A DNA stretch of 64,000 nt from an uncultured delta proteobacterium (GTDB lineage Bacteria > Desulfobacterota > Binatia > Binatales > Binataceae): NCBI GenBank assembly GCA_963724765.1, contig CAVRVY010000004.1:704001-768000 (forward strand), written 5' to 3'. Positions 46,654 to 57,447 of the stretch are shown here, piece by piece. Position 1 is the stretch's first letter, and each line of letters begins with the position of its first letter. Both the position numbers and the translations under genes were made by a program. The notes below the pieces were generated by a model. The model did not search any database. It was given only the letters and a program-made list of their open reading frames with translations, and was not told where the DNA came from.

Positions 46654-49600
46654 TCACTTTATCAGCATTTCCGGAAACACTTGCCGCTCTTCACTCCGCG
46701 AGCGAACGGCCACCCGAACATAATGCGTAGCGCCATCATCCATCAACAACAGCCGCCCTCCAGCTCCCGGTAGCGCGATGCCGTCGAGCGTTATCTCGGA
46801 TACACCGCGGTTGACGCGGTCCGGGTTGTCCACGACGATTTTATAGGTCGCGCTGTGGTATCGGAAAACCACCTCGAAGCCCGGCCACGCTCTGGGTATG
46901 CATGGATCGATGAACAGGGTCGCGCCGCGCAGACGGAATCCCAGAATCTCCTCGAGCCCGGCGCGGTACATCCATCCCGCCGAACCGGTGTACCAAGTCC
47001 ATCCTCCCCGACCGACATGCTGCGGATTGGAGTATATGTCGGCGCTCATGACGTATGGTTCAACCTTATAGCGCTGGATGCCGGCGCGGGTGCTCGAGTG
47101 ATTGACGGGGTTCAGCATCGAGAAAAGCTCACAAGCTTCGTCTCCATCGCCCAGCATGGTCAGGGCGATCACTGACCACACCGCACCATGTGTGTATTGT
47201 CCGCCATTCTCGCGCACACCGGGTGGATACCCTCTGATATATCCGGGATCGGGCGCATCCCTACTGAACGGAGGAGTAAAGAGCAACGCCAGTTTTTCAT
47301 TGCGGCGGATGAGGTATTTAGCCGCCGCTGCCATCGCAGCCGCCGCTCGAGCTGGATCCGCAGCTTTAGAAATTATCCCCCACGACTGCGCGATCGAATC
47401 GATCCGGCACTCGGCCTCCGCACTCGAGCCAAGCGGCGTTCCGTCATCGAAGTAACCACGCCGATACCATCCACCGTCCCATCCGTGGCGCTCCAGGGAT
47501 TCGCGCAGAGACGACGCGTGCTTTCGCCATGTGGCGGCGCGGACTTCCTCTCCACGATCCACCGCGAGCGCCGAGAACGCGACCAGGGCGGCGTACAGGA
47601 ACCATCCCAACCAGATGCTTTCGCCCCTGCCGAGTTCGCCCACCCGGTTCATGCCATCGTTCCAGTCTCCGGTGCCAAACAGCGGCAAGCCGTGCTCGCC
47701 GACCGCAAGACTCGCGTCGAGGGCTCGGGCGCAATGCTCGAACAGTGTAGCGCGCTCCTCCGAGTCCATGGGTTGGAAAAAGGATTCATTTTCGCCCGGA
47801 TGCAGGATCGGACCGTCCAGGAATGGAATCGGCGCGTCGAGAATCCCGCGATCGCCGGTCACGTCCACGTAATGCGCCGCAACGTAGGGCAGCCAAACGC
47901 GATCATCGGAGATCCGTGTGCGAACTCCCCGGCCCAAGGCCGGAAGCCACCAATGCTGAACGTCGCCCTCCACGAACTGGCGCGCCGCGGCGCGCAGCAG
48001 ATGCTCCCGCACCAGCGCGGGTTTCGCGACAGTCAGCGCCATCACGTCCTGAAGCTGATCGCGAAAGCCATAGGCGCCGCTCGCCTGATAAAATGCCGAT
48101 CGCGCCCAAAGCCGGCAAGCGAGCGTCTGATAAAGCAGCCAACGGTTCAGCAGCAGATCCATCGAACGATCCGGTGTTTTCACCTGAACCGTGCCGAGGA
48201 TCTCGTCCCAATGGTCGGTTACGGCGCGCAGCACGGAATCCAGGTCAGCGGTGCGATAGCGGCCGATCAATGAAAGCGCTTCCGCTCTGGTATCCGCTTG
48301 GCCCAGGAAGAATACGACCTCGGCGGCCGAGCCCGGCTTGAGTTCGACGCGGGTTTGAAGAGCGCCGCAAGGATCCAGACCCGCGCCAACTCGATTTGAA
48401 AGCGGCTTACCATCGGCGAGCGCGGCCGGCTGTCCGAGAGTTCCGTTGCGTCCGAGAAATTTCGTCCGGTCGCCCGTCCAGCTCAACTGGCACCCCGCGA
48501 GATCCGCGAATGCGACGCGCTGACCGAAGTCGTTGCTCCATGGATTGCGCGCGAGCAGCGCTTTGGTCGGCGAATCCACTTCTGTGACAATGAAGGAGGC
48601 GCTAGCGCCGCGCAAAGTCCCGAGTACCCACTCCACGTAAGCCGTGATCGAGAGGCGCCGCGGTCGTCCAGAGAGATTTCGGATTTTCAGGCGCGAAATC
48701 TTGATCGGATCTTCCAGCGGCACGAACTGTTCGAGCTCGAGCGCGATGCCGTGCGCGTTATGTTCGAAGCGGCTGTAGCCCTGGCCGTGGCGGGCGACGT
48801 ATGCCGACTTCTCGCGAATCGGCAGGGCGGTCGGACCCCACAGTTCGCCGCTATCCTCGTCGCGAACGTAGATCACCTCTCCGGGCCGGTCACTGACCGG
48901 ATCGTTCGACCACTGCGTGAGCTGGTTTTCGTGACTATTGATAGACCAGGTGTAGCCCGACCCGGCCGCCGAGACCTGGAATCCAAAAGATGGATTGGCG
49001 ATCACATTGATCCACGGCGCCGGCGTCGACTGCTTTTCGCCGAGAACCGTTACATATTCGTGTCCATCGGCGGCGAAGCCACCGATGCCATTGAAGAACT
49101 CGAGCGCCAATCGCCGCGCGGAAGGTTGCGGCAACTCATCCGCTCTCGCGGGAGAATGCCTGGGGCCCGGCCCCGCGATGAGTCTGGAGGCCTCCAGGCG
49201 TCCGAACTGTTCGGATAAGCTTCCTCGGCGGCTGACCAGCACCACCCGAGCGGCGTACTGTAAAAGGTTGCGCGTCTCGACGGAAAGCAGGTTAGCGGAG
49301 AGAACGAAAATCGCGCCTTTTGGACCCTCTCCCGTGGAAGGGCTTCGTGACTGGTTCGATCGAACCATCGTCTCAAGTGCGCCGTGCAGATCCTGAACAT
49401 AAGACGAAGGACTTTCATTAACAATCACGAGGTCCACGGCGAGATGTTTCATCTGCAAATACTCGTGAGCGCGCACGAGTTGCCTGACGATCTCAATGTC
49501 CTCGGCTTCATCGGTTCTCATCAGAACTATCGGAAGGTCGCCGGAAATCCCGAGCGCCCAGAGTTTTGACTGCGGGCTGTCGCTACGCTTGAGCATATCG

Positions 49601-52600
49601 GACGACGGCCGAAGCGTGGGATCGGAGTAGAGAATGTGGCTGGCGAGGCGCTGGAACAGATGGGCCTCCTCCGGACGAACGCCCAGGTGCAACAGCTGCG
49701 CCTGGGCCTGGGTCCAGGCGAGCGTAACCGCACGGTCGAAAGCGGAGGAATCGAGATGCTTGTCGGCGAGGTCGAGCGCCTCGGTTCGCGACGATGCCGC
49801 CAAGGTCCAGAACGCCACGCGCGCGGTCGCACCCGGTGCGATTCGCATCCGCACCCGCAGACTGAATATCGGATCGAGTACGTCGCCCACAGTATTTGAG
49901 AGCGGTCCGCGATCCACGAGGCAGGCGGGCTCGCGAATTCCGCGTCCCTGCCCAAGGAAGCGCGCCCGGTCGGTTTCGAACTGCAGAGTGCCGGCATTGT
50001 CACCTTCCACGACCGCAAGATGCGCTGCCCAGACCTGGGGCTCACCGGGCGATCGCGGCCGGCGGGTGGCGAGCAGGGCGCCGGCGTCGGGAATGAATTC
50101 GGTTCGAACAAAAAGCTTGGAGAAGGCGGGATGCGCGGCGTCAGCGGCGCAAGAGTCCAACACCACTTCGGCATAGGATGTGACTTCGATCTCGCGCGCG
50201 CGAATGCCGTGATTCGCGATGGAGACACGGCGAACTTCCGCGTCGGCCTCGGGAGAAACCGCCACTTCGAGCTTGGTCGTGACCGAGCCGTCGCGCCTGG
50301 TTATCTCGGCGCGGTCTTCGGAAAACGCGACCCCGTAGCGATCCGGCTCGGCTCCGCTGGGCTGGTATCCCGCCGACCACACCTGGCCGCTGTGCACGTC
50401 ACGCAGGAACACGTAGCTGCCCCACGAGTCGCAGGTGACATCTTCGCGCCATCGCGTGATCGCGAGGTCTCGCCAACGGCTGTACCCGGAGCCGGCCGCG
50501 GTCAGCATCACGGCATATCTGCCGTTGGAGAGCAGATGCGTGCACGGTACCGGATTATGCGGGGAATGGAACCGGCGCATGCGCGGCACCGCTAACTCTC
50601 GAACGTTGCCTGCCGCCTTCACTTCGTCAGCGCGCGGGAACGCGACAGCGATTTCGCGGGGGACGCGCTCCTGCAGCAGAAGCTCGGTGGCCTGAATGAT
50701 CGGCTCGGCGTGAAAGCGGGCGCGCATCGCGCCTTGGCAGAGCGTATCGGCGATCGCCACCAGGGTCATACCCTGATGATGCGCCAAGAAGGCGCGCACG
50801 ATCGCGACCTTCTCGCCCTCGGGAATCCGCGCCGGCGTATAGTCCAGCGCTTCATAGTATCCATAGCGGCCGCGCCCGCCGGCTGCGGCGAGACGTGAGA
50901 AGTTTCGCACCGCCGCCTCAGCGTCAATCATAGCCGCCAGGCCGGTCGCGTATGGAGCAATGACGACATTCTCGCCAAGGCCGCGCTTGAGCCCCAGGCC
51001 GGGAACGCCGAAGTTCGAGTACTGATACGTGAAATTCAAGTCGCGCGCGTTGAATGCCGATTCCGAGATGCCCCACGGCACATCCAGCTCCGCTCCGTAT
51101 TCGATCTGCCGGCGCACGACCGCTCGCGCGGTATGCCCGAGCAAGCTGTCGGCGGGCTCGCGCACCACGAGCAGCGGCATCACGTATTCGAACATCGATC
51201 CGGACCACGAGATCAGCGCTGAACCGCCGCCGATCACCGTCACATCGCGGCCGAGCCGAAACCAATGCTTCACCGGCAGGTCGCCCTTGGCGATCGCGAC
51301 GAAGCTCGCGAGCCGCGCCTCCGACGCGAGCAGGTCGTAGCAGTTCGGATCCAGACTGTTCTGGTCGACACAGTATCCGATGGAAAGCAGTTGTCGCGTG
51401 GCATTGTACAGAAATCCAAAATCCATCGCCGCGAACATTTCTCCGGCGACTTCGATTACTGCCTGCAGAGCTTGCTCCGATGATTCAGCCGGAGAGGCCA
51501 GACCGCCGATATCGCGCTGATGGCTTCGAATGGTCGAGCTGATTGATTCAGCCCAGGCTAGTAGCTCACCGACGGCGGTGTCGCCGAGTTCCGTCGCCAT
51601 CCTTCGCGCCATATCGACGACGGTTTCGGCGTGAGGTGCGAGTTTCGCCAGAGTTGCCTGAGCCGTCTCCCGAGTTATCGCGCATCGTTCCGCAGGCGGG
51701 GGAAACGATGCGGCCAGAGAATCGAGCGCTCGTTGGAGTTCTCGTCGGGCGAGTTCCTGTCCAGGCGCGGTGCGGCCTCGCGGTTGATCGAGCGCACGGG
51801 CCGCTTCGCGGGCAAGTTGGAGCGCGTCGTCAATTCCCGCCAACAGCACCGGAGCGGCGATCGGAGAGGCCAGCATTTCGCGGCACGCGCTTCGCACCGC
51901 GATCAGGTGTCCCGCGAGATTTCCGCTATCCACTGAAGAAACGTATTTTGGCTCCAGCGGATGCAGGTCGCGAGTGTCGTACCAGTTATAGAAGTGGCCG
52001 CGAAATCGCTCGAGCCCATTCATCGTGGATAACGTAGCTTCCAGCCGGTGCACCGCGTCCGCCGTGCCAATCCATCCGAAATCGCGCGCCGCGATCACCG
52101 AGAGCAGGTACAGTCCGAGATTCGTCGGTGACGTGCGATGCGCGGTCACCGGCTGGGGGTCTTCCTGAAAATTGTCGGGCGCAAGCATATGGTCTTCCGC
52201 CGTAACGAAGGTCTCGAAGAAGCGCCACGTGCGCCGCCCTACAAGTCGAAGTGCTCGCGCGCCCGTTTCCGACAGCGGATTGGGACCCTCGGCCGAGGGC
52301 GGAAGACTCGCCCATCGCGCGACGGCAGGCGACAGTAGCCATAAGACAATAAACGGCGCCGCGACGGGCCATACGCGCGGTCCCGCGAATTCGACAACGC
52401 CATCCGCCAAAACGGCGAGCAGGATGCCGCCGGCCATCTGCCGGTAAAAGCCGGGAAGATCAAGCCGCTCGCTGAGGCTTGACTGCGCAGCAGTAACCCA
52501 TTCGAGCATATGGCAGTGCGTAACCAGCAGTCGAAATAGCGTCCGGATGATCGCATCGGTCATTAGCCACGCCTGATGCGCGAGGAAGGTGATGCGGAAA

Positions 52601-55296
52601 GCGATCAGCGACAAGGCAAGCTTGAGGTCGGCGCCGACGGCGCGCCAATGGCTCCGCGCCGAGATGCCGGGGCGGCGTGGCAGGATACCGGCGAAGATCG
52701 GCAGCAGCGCGGGCACGCCAATGGTCAACACAATGAACGCGCTCCAGAGCACGGCGAGGCGCGGAATCAGCGCCCATCCGGCTACCAGGGCAAGAAACGC
52801 GGCGGGCGCCGAAGTCGTTCGGCGCAGGTTATCGATCATTTTCCAACGGCCGCTCAGCGGAATTGTAATTTGCCGCGAGTCGCCTGTGGACCGTCGCCTG
52901 CGACCGAGTATCCAGGGGAGTAGCTGCCAGTCGCCGCGCGCCCACCGATATTCACGGGCCGCGGCGACATCGTAGCGTGATGGAAACTCCTCGACGACTT
53001 CGATGTCGGAGGCCAAGCCGGCGCGCGCGAAAATCCCTTCGAAAAGGTCGTGACTGAGGAGCGTGTTGTCGGGCACGCGCCCGGCGAGCGCGGCCTCAAA
53101 CGCATCTACATCGTAAATTCCCTTGCCGCTGTAAGAGCCTTCATCCAAAAGATCCTGGTACACGTCGGCGCCCGCGAAGGCATACGGATCGATGCCGCTC
53201 GGGCCTGAGAAGACGCGCTGAAAGATCGATCGCTCGTGATCAGCCGGCAAAGAAGGCGTCACGCGAGGCTGCAGCACCGCGTGTCCCTCGACCACGCGCA
53301 GGCTCTGCGGATCGATCGAGGGGCGATTGAGCGGATGAGCCATCTTGCCGACCAGGCGCCGGGCGGCCCCTCGCGGCAGGCGGGTGTCAGCGTCCAGCGT
53401 GATTACGTAGCGCACGCCCGAGGGCACGGCCGGCAAGCGGCCGCCGAGCGCCACGAAGCTCGTATCGGTCGCACCGCGCAGCAACCGGTTCAGCTCGTGC
53501 AGCTTTCCTCGTTTGCGCTCCCAGCCCATCCATTTGCCTTCTCGCTCATTCCACAGGCGCCTGCGATGAAGCAGGAGAAACCGGTCTCCATCCGGCGCCG
53601 GTCCATGGAGGTGATTCAAACGCGCTATCGCCTGAGTTGCGGCCGCCAGAAGCCGATCGTCACCCTCGCGCTTTTCAGTCGCCGCGTCGGTCCAATCCGA
53701 GAGCAAGGCGAAACGGATGTCGCCGTCCGAGCTCGCCAAATGACGAACTTCCAATCGTTCGATCTGCTCGTCCAAATCCGCGCGCGTCGTAAGGAAGGTG
53801 GGCACGACCACCATCGTCCGCATATCAGCGGGAATCCCGTCGTGTAACTCCAGGGCTGGCAACGGACGCGCCGGGACGCAGCTCGTATACAGGTGATTCG
53901 CAACCGCGACCGCGAGTTCGGTGACCGGCACGAGCGCGAGTAAGACGAGAAGGCTCAGGGTGAAGGCGCCGACATCCGGACCGGCGAGCATCAGTACCAG
54001 CAAGGCAATCGGAAGTGAGCTGGCTATGGCGATAGTCGCAAGATAGCCGATCATTCCCGCGGACAACTCAGCGCGAACGAGCCGATCTTTGATGCCCGGG
54101 CGGAAGCCGATCTGCTTCTCGATGCGAGTGCGGCCTTTGCCGATGAGATAATAACCTGGATCCTGTTCGCGCTGCGCTGCGGCTGCATCGAGGGGCCGGG
54201 TTTCGGACCTGGCGTGCTGGGCCGCAGCGATTGCCAGGCGGGTGATCTCGAGCTCGGAGGTATGCGAGCCGCGCGCGAGCTTCTCGATCGCGTGCCGATA
54301 GCGATCGCGCGTTGGAAAGTCCATTTCCGCGAAACTGCTGTTGGCACGAAGCGTTTCATCAACCAGGCTGATGCTCTCGAATAACTGCTGCCAATCCAGG
54401 GCGGAGATCAGGCGCATGCTGGTGATCACGTTACGGACCGTGACGTTTCGAGCGCCTTGTTCGGAATGCTCCTCTTGCACAATCTGGTCCGCGCTGGTGT
54501 TTTGGGCCGCGAGGCGCTCATCAAGCCACTGAAGCGCCGGCGTTCCGACCGGGTCCTGTTCGCGCAAGCGCTGAACCAACTGTACGGCGAAGGCGGTCGT
54601 CAGCCGGTTCTGACCCAACCGTTGCAATGACGCGTCGACGGTCTCGGCTCGCTTGCTCTCGTTTCTCAGGATCCGATCGGCCAGAGCATCGGCGTCCCTT
54701 CGAGCGATTCCGCTCCTGACGATTTGCTCGGCACAGCGCCGCAGATTTTCAACCAGAACAATTCTGAGCGTGATCGGAACCGCCCACAGTTCGCCGATGG
54801 TCAAAGGCTGCACGCCCTGATACGCGCGAACAAAGCGGCATAGCATCTCCGGGTCGAAGCGGCTGTCGGTATGCGCGATAAACGCCCACGCGAGACCGAA
54901 TACGCGCGGATAACCTTCGAGCGGTCCATCCGCGATTTTCGGCAATTGCCGATAGTAGCCACGAGGAAGATCGGCGCGGATGTTGCGTATCTGCTCTTCG
55001 ACCGCGTGAAAATTGTCGACCAGCCAGTCGGCGGCGGGGGTGATCGCCCGTTCGTCGCGAATAGCCGTGCCGATCGCGCGATACGCCGCCAGCAGAACGC
55101 GGCCATTGTCATCGAGCCGCTTGGTTAAGCGCTCTTCAGTGGCCGGCTTTTCGATGACGCGTTGAGCGACGGCCAGGCTCTTGGCATGTTGTTCCAGACG
55201 CTCGACGCTGAAGAGTTCAGCGCATATAGGATGCTCCGCATCGGCGGCGAAAAGTGGCGGCGCCTTCCTGAAGACGCGAAAGATTGAATTCTTCAA
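46654..55296 (-). CDS. cgs: Cyclic beta-1,2-glucan synthase (GT84 plus GH94 phosphorylase; Cgs/NdvB/ChvB)
   Basis: 2880 aa; GWERKRGKL, TLDADT, RWARGDWQ, SWSGSMFEY, GAYGFRDQLQD, GDWNDGMN, RENGGQYTH. Confidence 0.95.
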   Translation of the reverse strand: MKNSIFRVFRKAPPLFAADAEHPICAELFSVERLEQHAKSLAVAQRVIEKPATEERLTKRLDDNGRVLLAAYRAIGTAIRDERAITPAADWLVDNFHAVEEQIRNIRADLPRGYYRQLPKIADGPLEGYPRVFGLAWAFIAHTDSRFDPEMLCRFVRAYQGVQPLTIGELWAVPITLRIVLVENLRRCAEQIVRSGIARRDADALADRILRNESKRAETVDASLQRLGQNRLTTAFAVQLVQRLREQDPVGTPALQWLDERLAAQNTSADQIVQEEHSEQGARNVTVRNVITSMRLISALDWQQLFESISLVDETLRANSSFAEMDFPTRDRYRHAIEKLARGSHTSELEITRLAIAAAQHARSETRPLDAAAAQREQDPGYYLIGKGRTRIEKQIGFRPGIKDRLVRAELSAGMIGYLATIAIASSLPIALLVLMLAGPDVGAFTLSLLVLLALVPVTELAVAVANHLYTSCVPARPLPALELHDGIPADMRTMVVVPTFLTTRADLDEQIERLEVRHLASSDGDIRFALLSDWTDAATEKREGDDRLLAAATQAIARLNHLHGPAPDGDRFLLLHRRRLWNEREGKWMGWERKRGKLHELNRLLRGATDTSFVALGGRLPAVPSGVRYVITLDADTRLPRGAARRLVGKMAHPLNRPSIDPQSLRVVEGHAVLQPRVTPSLPADHERSIFQRVFSGPSGIDPYAFAGADVYQDLLDEGSYSGKGIYDVDAFEAALAGRVPDNTLLSHDLFEGIFARAGLASDIEVVEEFPSRYDVAAAREYRWARGDWQLLPWILGRRRRSTGDSRQITIPLSGRWKMIDNLRRTTSAPAAFLALVAGWALIPRLAVLWSAFIVLTIGVPALLPIFAGILPRRPGISARSHWRAVGADLKLALSLIAFRITFLAHQAWLMTDAIIRTLFRLLVTHCHMLEWVTAAQSSLSERLDLPGFYRQMAGGILLAVLADGVVEFAGPRVWPVAAPFIVLWLLSPAVARWASLPPSAEGPNPLSETGARALRLVGRRTWRFFETFVTAEDHMLAPDNFQEDPQPVTAHRTSPTNLGLYLLSVIAARDFGWIGTADAVHRLEATLSTMNGLERFRGHFYNWYDTRDLHPLEPKYVSSVDSGNLAGHLIAVRSACREMLASPIAAPVLLAGIDDALQLAREAARALDQPRGRTAPGQELARRELQRALDSLAASFPPPAERCAITRETAQATLAKLAPHAETVVDMARRMATELGDTAVGELLAWAESISSTIRSHQRDIGGLASPAESSEQALQAVIEVAGEMFAAMDFGFLYNATRQLLSIGYCVDQNSLDPNCYDLLASEARLASFVAIAKGDLPVKHWFRLGRDVTVIGGGSALISWSGSMFEYVMPLLVVREPADSLLGHTARAVVRRQIEYGAELDVPWGISESAFNARDLNFTYQYSNFGVPGLGLKRGLGENVVIAPYATGLAAMIDAEAAVRNFSRLAAAGGRGRYGYYEALDYTPARIPEGEKVAIVRAFLAHHQGMTLVAIADTLCQGAMRARFHAEPIIQATELLLQERVPREIAVAFPRADEVKAAGNVRELAVPRMRRFHSPHNPVPCTHLLSNGRYAVMLTAAGSGYSRWRDLAITRWREDVTCDSWGSYVFLRDVHSGQVWSAGYQPSGAEPDRYGVAFSEDRAEITRRDGSVTTKLEVAVSPEADAEVRRVSIANHGIRAREIEVTSYAEVVLDSCAADAAHPAFSKLFVRTEFIPDAGALLATRRPRSPGEPQVWAAHLAVVEGDNAGTLQFETDRARFLGQGRGIREPACLVDRGPLSNTVGDVLDPIFSLRVRMRIAPGATARVAFWTLAASSRTEALDLADKHLDSSAFDRAVTLAWTQAQAQLLHLGVRPEEAHLFQRLASHILYSDPTLRPSSDMLKRSDSPQSKLWALGISGDLPIVLMRTDEAEDIEIVRQLVRAHEYLQMKHLAVDLVIVNESPSSYVQDLHGALETMVRSNQSRSPSTGEGPKGAIFVLSANLLSVETRNLLQYAARVVLVSRRGSLSEQFGRLEASRLIAGPGPRHSPARADELPQPSARRLALEFFNGIGGFAADGHEYVTVLGEKQSTPAPWINVIANPSFGFQVSAAGSGYTWSINSHENQLTQWSNDPVSDRPGEVIYVRDEDSGELWGPTALPIREKSAYVARHGQGYSRFEHNAHGIALELEQFVPLEDPIKISRLKIRNLSGRPRRLSITAYVEWVLGTLRGASASFIVTEVDSPTKALLARNPWSNDFGQRVAFADLAGCQLSWTGDRTKFLGRNGTLGQPAALADGKPLSNRVGAGLDPCGALQTRVELKPGSAAEVVFFLGQADTRAEALSLIGRYRTADLDSVLRAVTDHWDEILGTVQVKTPDRSMDLLLNRWLLYQTLACRLWARSAFYQASGAYGFRDQLQDVMALTVAKPALVREHLLRAAARQFVEGDVQHWWLPALGRGVRTRISDDRVWLPYVAAHYVDVTGDRGILDAPIPFLDGPILHPGENESFFQPMDSEERATLFEHCARALDASLAVGEHGLPLFGTGDWNDGMNRVGELGRGESIWLGWFLYAALVAFSALAVDRGEEVRAATWRKHASSLRESLERHGWDGGWYRRGYFDDGTPLGSSAEAECRIDSIAQSWGIISKAADPARAAAAMAAAAKYLIRRNEKLALLFTPPFSRDAPDPGYIRGYPPGVRENGGQYTHGAVWSVIALTMLGDGDEACELFSMLNPVNHSSTRAGIQRYKVEPYVMSADIYSNPQHVGRGGWTWYTGSAGWMYRAGLEEILGFRLRGATLFIDPCIPRAWPGFEVVFRYHSATYKIVVDNPDRVNRGVSEITLDGIALPGAGGRLLLMDDGATHYVRVAVRSRSEERQVFPEMLIK

Positions 55297-55410
55297 TTGA
55301 GCACGTCGGCTCGAACGATGCGGCTAAGGAGGCGCCGCTTGCGATCGAATGTAAGATTTTCCCGGACATCGCGGGCTCATCCGTGGTTGTGAATTACTGT
55401 AACCTGGGAC

Positions 55411-55920
55411 TTACGCTCCTTTTCCTTGCGGATCCAAATTTGGCGCTTTTCTATGGTTGTCCCAGTCCCCGTCGTTCCCATCGCTGGCGCTGGTCGAGCC
55501 GAGGGTGGAGAGCTGATCTTCCGTCTGCGAGTGGCGTCGCCGAGTCTTGGCGTCGCGCTCCTGATCCTCCTGGCAGTCCCAGCAACGCCGTGTGAAGGGC
55601 ATTGCACTGAGGCGGTCTTCCGCGATCTCGAGTCCGCAGATACCGCATAAGCCATAGCTCCCTTCACCGATTCGCCTGAGTATATCATCTATCTGTTCGA
55701 TTTTGGTTCGCTTGCGCGCCGAGAGTATGGTGCTCAATTCGCGGCCGGCCTCCTCGGATGCGAGGTCGCAGCTATCCAGGCAATCATCTCTATTGCCCTC
55801 CCGCTCAGTCCGAAGCGCCGACTCGTTTTCATCAATCAGCTTGATTTTCATGTTCGTCAGGCGTTCGCACGTTTGCGCGAGAAATTGCTTCCGCCTGGCC
55901 GCTACTACCTTCTTGATCAT
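55411..55920 (-). CDS. DksA/TraR C4 zinc-finger protein
   Basis: DSCDLA (DxxDxA) tip; YGLCGICG..RL..MPFTRRCWDCQ. Confidence 0.88.
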   Translation of the reverse strand: MIKKVVAARRKQFLAQTCERLTNMKIKLIDENESALRTEREGNRDDCLDSCDLASEEAGRELSTILSARKRTKIEQIDDILRRIGEGSYGLCGICGLEIAEDRLSAMPFTRRCWDCQEDQERDAKTRRRHSQTEDQLSTLGSTSASDGNDGDWDNHRKAPNLDPQGKGA

Positions 55921-56518
55921 GGGAGTTCCTCAAACTTTGGTCGTTGCGCAGGATAATTCGTTCTCTTGCGCACAATTCTAACAGACCGCTGCCGAGAGGA
56001 GAGTCCTGGTTCGACGCGCTATGTTCTCCATGTAACGAAGTCCAACCACATCGCGATGGCCTCCGAAGCTCACATCCAGGTAACCTGAAAATCCGATAGC
56101 TTGCATCGGGGGCGACCAAGCGGAGTACCCCTCTTCTCCAACATTGAGTTTAACGTGGCTGTGACGATCTTCCGCTTGCTGAGCGGTGTTCACCGCGCGA
56201 CAACCGCGAGCAGGCGGCTATCCGAGACTCCCCCTCCTTGGATGTCCGTCGTTTTTTTCGCGAACTCGAACGCTCGTCTTCGCCCAGTTGTTACCCTAAC
56301 GTCGAGAAGGCCACGCTGATCAGGATTGGTTAGAGGCGGAGCGTGAGATTCGCAAGGGTGAGTCTCATTAGTGATAGCGCGCAATCCATGGGCTCCTCCG
56401 GTTTGGTGCTCCATGTATCCAAATCGCCTCGCGGCAGATGGCTTCGGAGCGAACCCCGGAATAGCGTGGAAATGCGACGGAAGAGACGGCGTGTCGAGTT
56501 TCTCGCGATGCTCAATAT

Positions 56519-56550
56519 ATAGTCAGTCGTCGAAAGATGATAGTCAGTCG
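56519..56550 (+). promoter_or_regulatory. 11-bp direct repeat pair, candidate regulator site
   Basis: atagtcagtcg at 56519 and 56540 (21-bp period) upstream of ATG 56584. Confidence 0.4.
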
Positions 56551-56583
56551 AACGAATGTCTCGGAAATGAGGAAGGATAGTCG

Positions 56584-57003
56584 ATGAAAACAATTCTCAG
56601 TGTTCTGGCGGGAGTAATTCTCTCTGGTGCAATTGCGCTTTCCGCTTTCGCCCAAAACGCGAATGACACAGTAGGAATGCGCCAATGGACCAAATCTGAC
56701 GGTACGCAGGTAACGCTGGAAGCGAAACGCGGCAGCGCCAATGTTGACGTCGGCGAATTGCGGGCGTTCCAGAATGCGAAGGGCGCCGATCCGTCGATCG
56801 CCCCACAACTGGCGAAGAATCCGAAACTGATCGCCAGCTCCAGCTACGTCAGACAGCATCCGGAGCTTCGGCACTTCCTGGTACAGTATCCGAACGCGCG
56901 CGAAGACATTCAGCGAAATCCGGGAAACTTCTTGGTGCCCGTGAAAGGATCGACCTGGAACGCATCGGTAGTTGGAAAGACGTCTTCCCCGCAGTCCGAC
57001 TGA
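56584..57003 (+). CDS. Secreted protein, HPEL...NPGNF motif
   Basis: GGAAGGA RBS; signal peptide AFA-Q; paralog of 36279-36674. Confidence 0.8.
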   Translation: MKTILSVLAGVILSGAIALSAFAQNANDTVGMRQWTKSDGTQVTLEAKRGSANVDVGELRAFQNAKGADPSIAPQLAKNPKLIASSSYVRQHPELRHFLVQYPNAREDIQRNPGNFLVPVKGSTWNASVVGKTSSPQSD

Positions 57004-57021
57004 TATCATTAAGTGGCAAGC

Positions 57022-57051
57022 CGCGATCGAGGACTCCGATCCTCGGTCGCG
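57022..57051. terminator. Stem-loop between convergent genes
   Basis: cgcgatcgagga-N6-tcctcggtcgcg. Confidence 0.5.
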
Positions 57052-57094
57052 TTGGAGCCACAGCCGCGGAATTGAGCGCCTGCCTAGAAGGTCC

Positions 57095-57330
57095 GACGTA
57101 GCCTCTATCGGCTCGTGAGTCCGGTATGGGGCGATCTGTTGATGGGCTTCGCTTCCAGTCGCGGTAGTTACGCTGTTGGAATGCAGTTCCTGTCGCAGAT
57201 GCTCCAGGGGATCCGTTTCGATCGAATAGATCTGGATTTCGTAGAAGTCGATCGCGTGGGCTCGCTGCGCCGGTGCGATCAACAGCAGGAGCGCGGCCGC
57301 GAGCAGCGCCGCTTTTCGAAACGATATCAT
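57095..57330 (-). pseudogene. Probable truncated exported protein gene
   Basis: Good signal peptide (..AQRAHA) and IDFYEIQIY..ELHSN; the rest of ORF 56512-57330 runs through a hairpin and antisense over another gene. Confidence 0.45.
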
Positions 57331-57447
57331 GGACCAGGTTTGTGTTATCGTATTTCTGCTTCATTCCGTTATGGAACAAGGAAAGAGCTCGGTGCCGGCG
57401 AAGGCATCGCTTAGAACCAAACGCCGCCGCGCGACGAGGATCCAACC

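Noticed and set aside
55978-56414. Two short minus-strand ORFs upstream of the dksA-like gene
   Set aside because: No recognisable motifs or convincing RBS.
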